Positions 61,124 to 64,000 of a stretch of 64,000 nt of DNA are shown one piece after another; position 1 is the stretch's first letter; each line of letters opens with the position of its first letter. Origin of the DNA: Malacoraja senta (Eukaryota); the NCBI GenBank assembly GCA_038087875.1, contig CM075987.1:24740001-24804000 (forward strand), read 5' to 3'. The notes beneath the pieces were generated by a model. The model saw only the letters and a program-made list of their open reading frames with translations. It was not told where the DNA came from and ran no database searches. The translations under genes were made by a program, and so were the position numbers.

Positions 61124-62057
61124 CTGTAAGAAACAGCAAACATTGCCAGAGGTTGATTTACGTTCGAAGATACAGCGTGGAAACAGGCCCTTCGGCCCAA
61201 CTTGCCCACACCGGTCAACATGTCCCAGCTACACCAGTCCCACTTACCCGCGTTCAGTCCATATCCCTTCAAACCTGTCCTATCCATGCACCTGTCCAAC
61301 TGCTTCTTAAACGTTGGGACAGTCCCAGCCACTACTCCCTCCTCTAGCAGCATGTTCCATACACCCACCGCCCTGTCTTAAAGCTGCAAGGATGTGAGTG
61401 AAAGAAGGGACACAAGGTGGTGGAGTAACTCAGCAGGTCAGGCAGCATCTCTGGAGAACATGGATAGATTACTCCAGTACTTTGTTGCTGTCCGTGTTTT
61501 CCGGAAAAGGTTCCTGACTTAGGAAGTTGGAGACTTGGACTAACTTGGAGACACAAGTTACTCCAACATCGTGTGTCCTTTTATGCATTAACCATCATCT
61601 GCAATTTGTTTTTTTCATGTTCATGGTTGTGGGAGCAGAATTCGCTATTCGACCCATCAAGTCCACTCTGCTATTCAATCATGGCTGATCTATCCTTCCC
61701 TCTTAACTCCATTCTCCTGCCTTCTCCCCATAACCCCTGACACCCGCACTAATCATCCTTTGCTTCGAAGGATGTGAATGATCTAGATAAAGGGAGTGAA
61801 GAACACTGAAATTAATTGTCATCAGAACATTATTTTTCTTAAAAACAATATGGCCTACATCCAACTTCAAAAGAACAGTTCAGCTAAATTAGTCCTTCCC
61901 AGATTAATGTTAACTTTAATGTAACTAAGATGACCAAAGAAAAAGGTTGCAGGTGCAGGTCAATCATATATAGTATGGCAACAGGCCCTTCAGCCCACCG
62001 AGTCCATGCCGACCATCGATCACCCATTCACACTATGTTCACACTAGTCCACTCCCC

Positions 62058-62567
62058 ATAGAGCGAGTGCAGAGAAGGTTCACCAGACTGAATCCTGGGA
62101 TGTCAGGACTTTCATATGAAGAAAGACTGGATAGACTTGGCTTATACTCGCTAGAATTTAGGAGATTGAGAGGGGATCTTATAGAAACGTACAAAATTCT
62201 TATGGGGTTGGACAGGCTAGATGCAGGAAGATTGTTCCCGATGTTGGGGAAGTCCAGGACAAGGGGTCACAGCTTAAGGATAAGGGGGAAATCCTTTAAG
62301 ACCGAGATGAGGAAAAATGTTTTCACACAGAGAGTGGTGAATCTCTGGAACTCTCTGCCACAGAGGGTAGTTGAGGCCAGTTCATTGGCTATATTTAAGA
62401 GGGAGTTAGACGTGGCCCTTGTGGCTAAAGGGATCAGGGGGTATGGAGAGAAGGCAGGTACGGGATACTGAGTTGGATGATCAGCCATGATCATATTGAA
62501 TGGCGGTGCAGGCTCGAAGGGCCGAATGGCCTACTCCTGCACCTATTTTCTATGTATCTATGTATCT
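62058..62567 (+). mobile_element. CR1 LINE 3' fragment
   Basis: ORF 62067-62471 encodes the CR1 ORF2 C-terminus, followed by the tail; near-identical to the 26941 copy. Confidence 0.9.
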
Positions 62568-64000
62568 ACACACTAGGGACAATTTATAATTAACCCACCA
62601 ACCCGTACATCTTTGAGATATAGGGGGAAACTGGAGGAAACCCACGCAGTCTCAGGTAGAGCGCGCAAACTTCATACAGACATCACCTGAGGTAAGGATC
62701 AAACCTGGATCGCTGGCACTGTGAGGCCTCAGCTCTACCAGCTGCACCACTGTAGTTTTTTTTAGTTTTTGTTAGTTTTAGAGATACAGCGCGGAAACTG
62801 GCCCTTGGGCCCACCGAGTCCGCACCGTCCAGCGATCCCCGCGCATTAACACCATCCTACACACACTGGGGACAATTTACACATACACCAAGGCAATGAA
62901 CCTACCTCTTTGGAGTGTGGGAGGAAACCGAAGATCTCAGAGAAAACCCACGCAGGTCATGGGGAGAACGTACAAACTCCGTACAGACAGCATCCGTAGT
63001 CAGGATCGAACCTGGGTCTCTGGCCCTTGCTTTCCCTCTCTCTCCATCCCCTCCCCCTTCCCAGTTCTCCCACCAGTCTTACTGTCTCCGACTACATTCT
63101 ATCTCTGTCCCGCCCTCGACCCGAAACGTCACCCATTCCTTCTCCCCAGAGATGCTGCCTGTCCCGCTGAGTTACTCCAGCGTTTTGTGTCTACCTTTCA
63201 TTCAGAAACACTTGTAAATCATTGTGATCTTATTGTTGTGATTGCTTTAAACATGGATCTTTTTGTGCTGCAACTTTTTTAATAGCACTCCACGTTCCCT
63301 GGTTAAAACCAAAGGGTGAGAATGTAACAACAAGCCCCATGACCATGCTATTGTTGAGTTGGCTCCTTTGTTTTTCCTGTTCCGCTAATGCCAGATCCAC
63401 AAAAAACTGGCCTCTGTCCGGGCATCGGTTGGCACAGTGGCTGTGGGATCCGTGACACTATAAGTATGTATTTCTGTATGTACTTAATCTATGAACCACT
63501 GTTGTATAACGTTAGTACCTCCACCAATGTAAAGCACTTTGCTCAACGAGAGTTGTGTTTTAAATGTACTATGGAAATAAAAGTGACTTGACTTGACTTG
63601 ACATTCACAGTTTTCCATGTTCAGCATCACCACCTAAAGTGCAAGTTAAATTTGCTTTTATGAAGGCAGCAGGAAGCACATTACGCTGGATATATAACCC
63701 AAATGTATAATTCAGAAGTCTATCGACCAACAGGGGGGGACTTGCAAATTTCATGATCTCAAATTATTCCAATGCACTGGAAAACCAATGAAGCAATCCT
63801 TTTCTTTTGACTTGTGTGCTGTTGTAACGTTGTGAAACCGGCTGTAAATTTGTACATGACAATGGATTGGGATAATGATTCCATAGCTCTGATTTTCACC
63901 GGCGTTGATGAAAGATGAGGTGCAGGATGTGAGGGGGGAATCTTCACATACTTCTTTTGAATTGAGCTGTGGGATGTTTTTGTTCATCTCAAAGAAATGT

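Noticed and set aside
1066..63022. tRNA-gene calls from A/B boxes
   Set aside because: All are SINE heads that continue into V-domain and CR1-tail sequence.

Overview
Vertebrate nuclear DNA, most likely from a cartilaginous fish (skate/ray-type): it is dense in HE1/V-SINE-like SINEs, CR1, Rex1-like, Penelope and DNA-transposon repeats. The genic content is the conserved nested ASTN2/TRIM32 locus. Three internal coding exons of astrotactin-2 lie on the minus strand (61123-60999, 58854-58750, 54594-54415, all AG/GT-bounded and in frame). They are followed by an intron of at least 54 kb that holds the complete single-coding-exon TRIM32 gene on the plus strand (46634-48574), with a likely CpG-island promoter about 3 kb upstream. 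The rest is intronic repeat: a full-length but frameshifted Tc1 (DD34E) element, PIF/Harbinger-type MITEs, a hAT MITE, an 8-bp-TSD CAAAG-ended (P-like) MITE, two bipartite RTE-derived non-autonomous retroelements, and many Penelope pseudo-LTR pieces carrying minimal hammerhead-ribozyme motifs. The most interesting signals are four. (i) The two divergent RTE-derived elements share a covarying RNA secondary structure. (ii) Hammerhead cores recur throughout, including in the presumptive TRIM32 3' UTR. (iii) Short Penelope-derived foldback units have their own 10-14 bp target-site duplications. (iv) A TGACGT-rich minisatellite sits inside the putative TRIM32 promoter. All family assignments are by eye and from memory; no database search was run.
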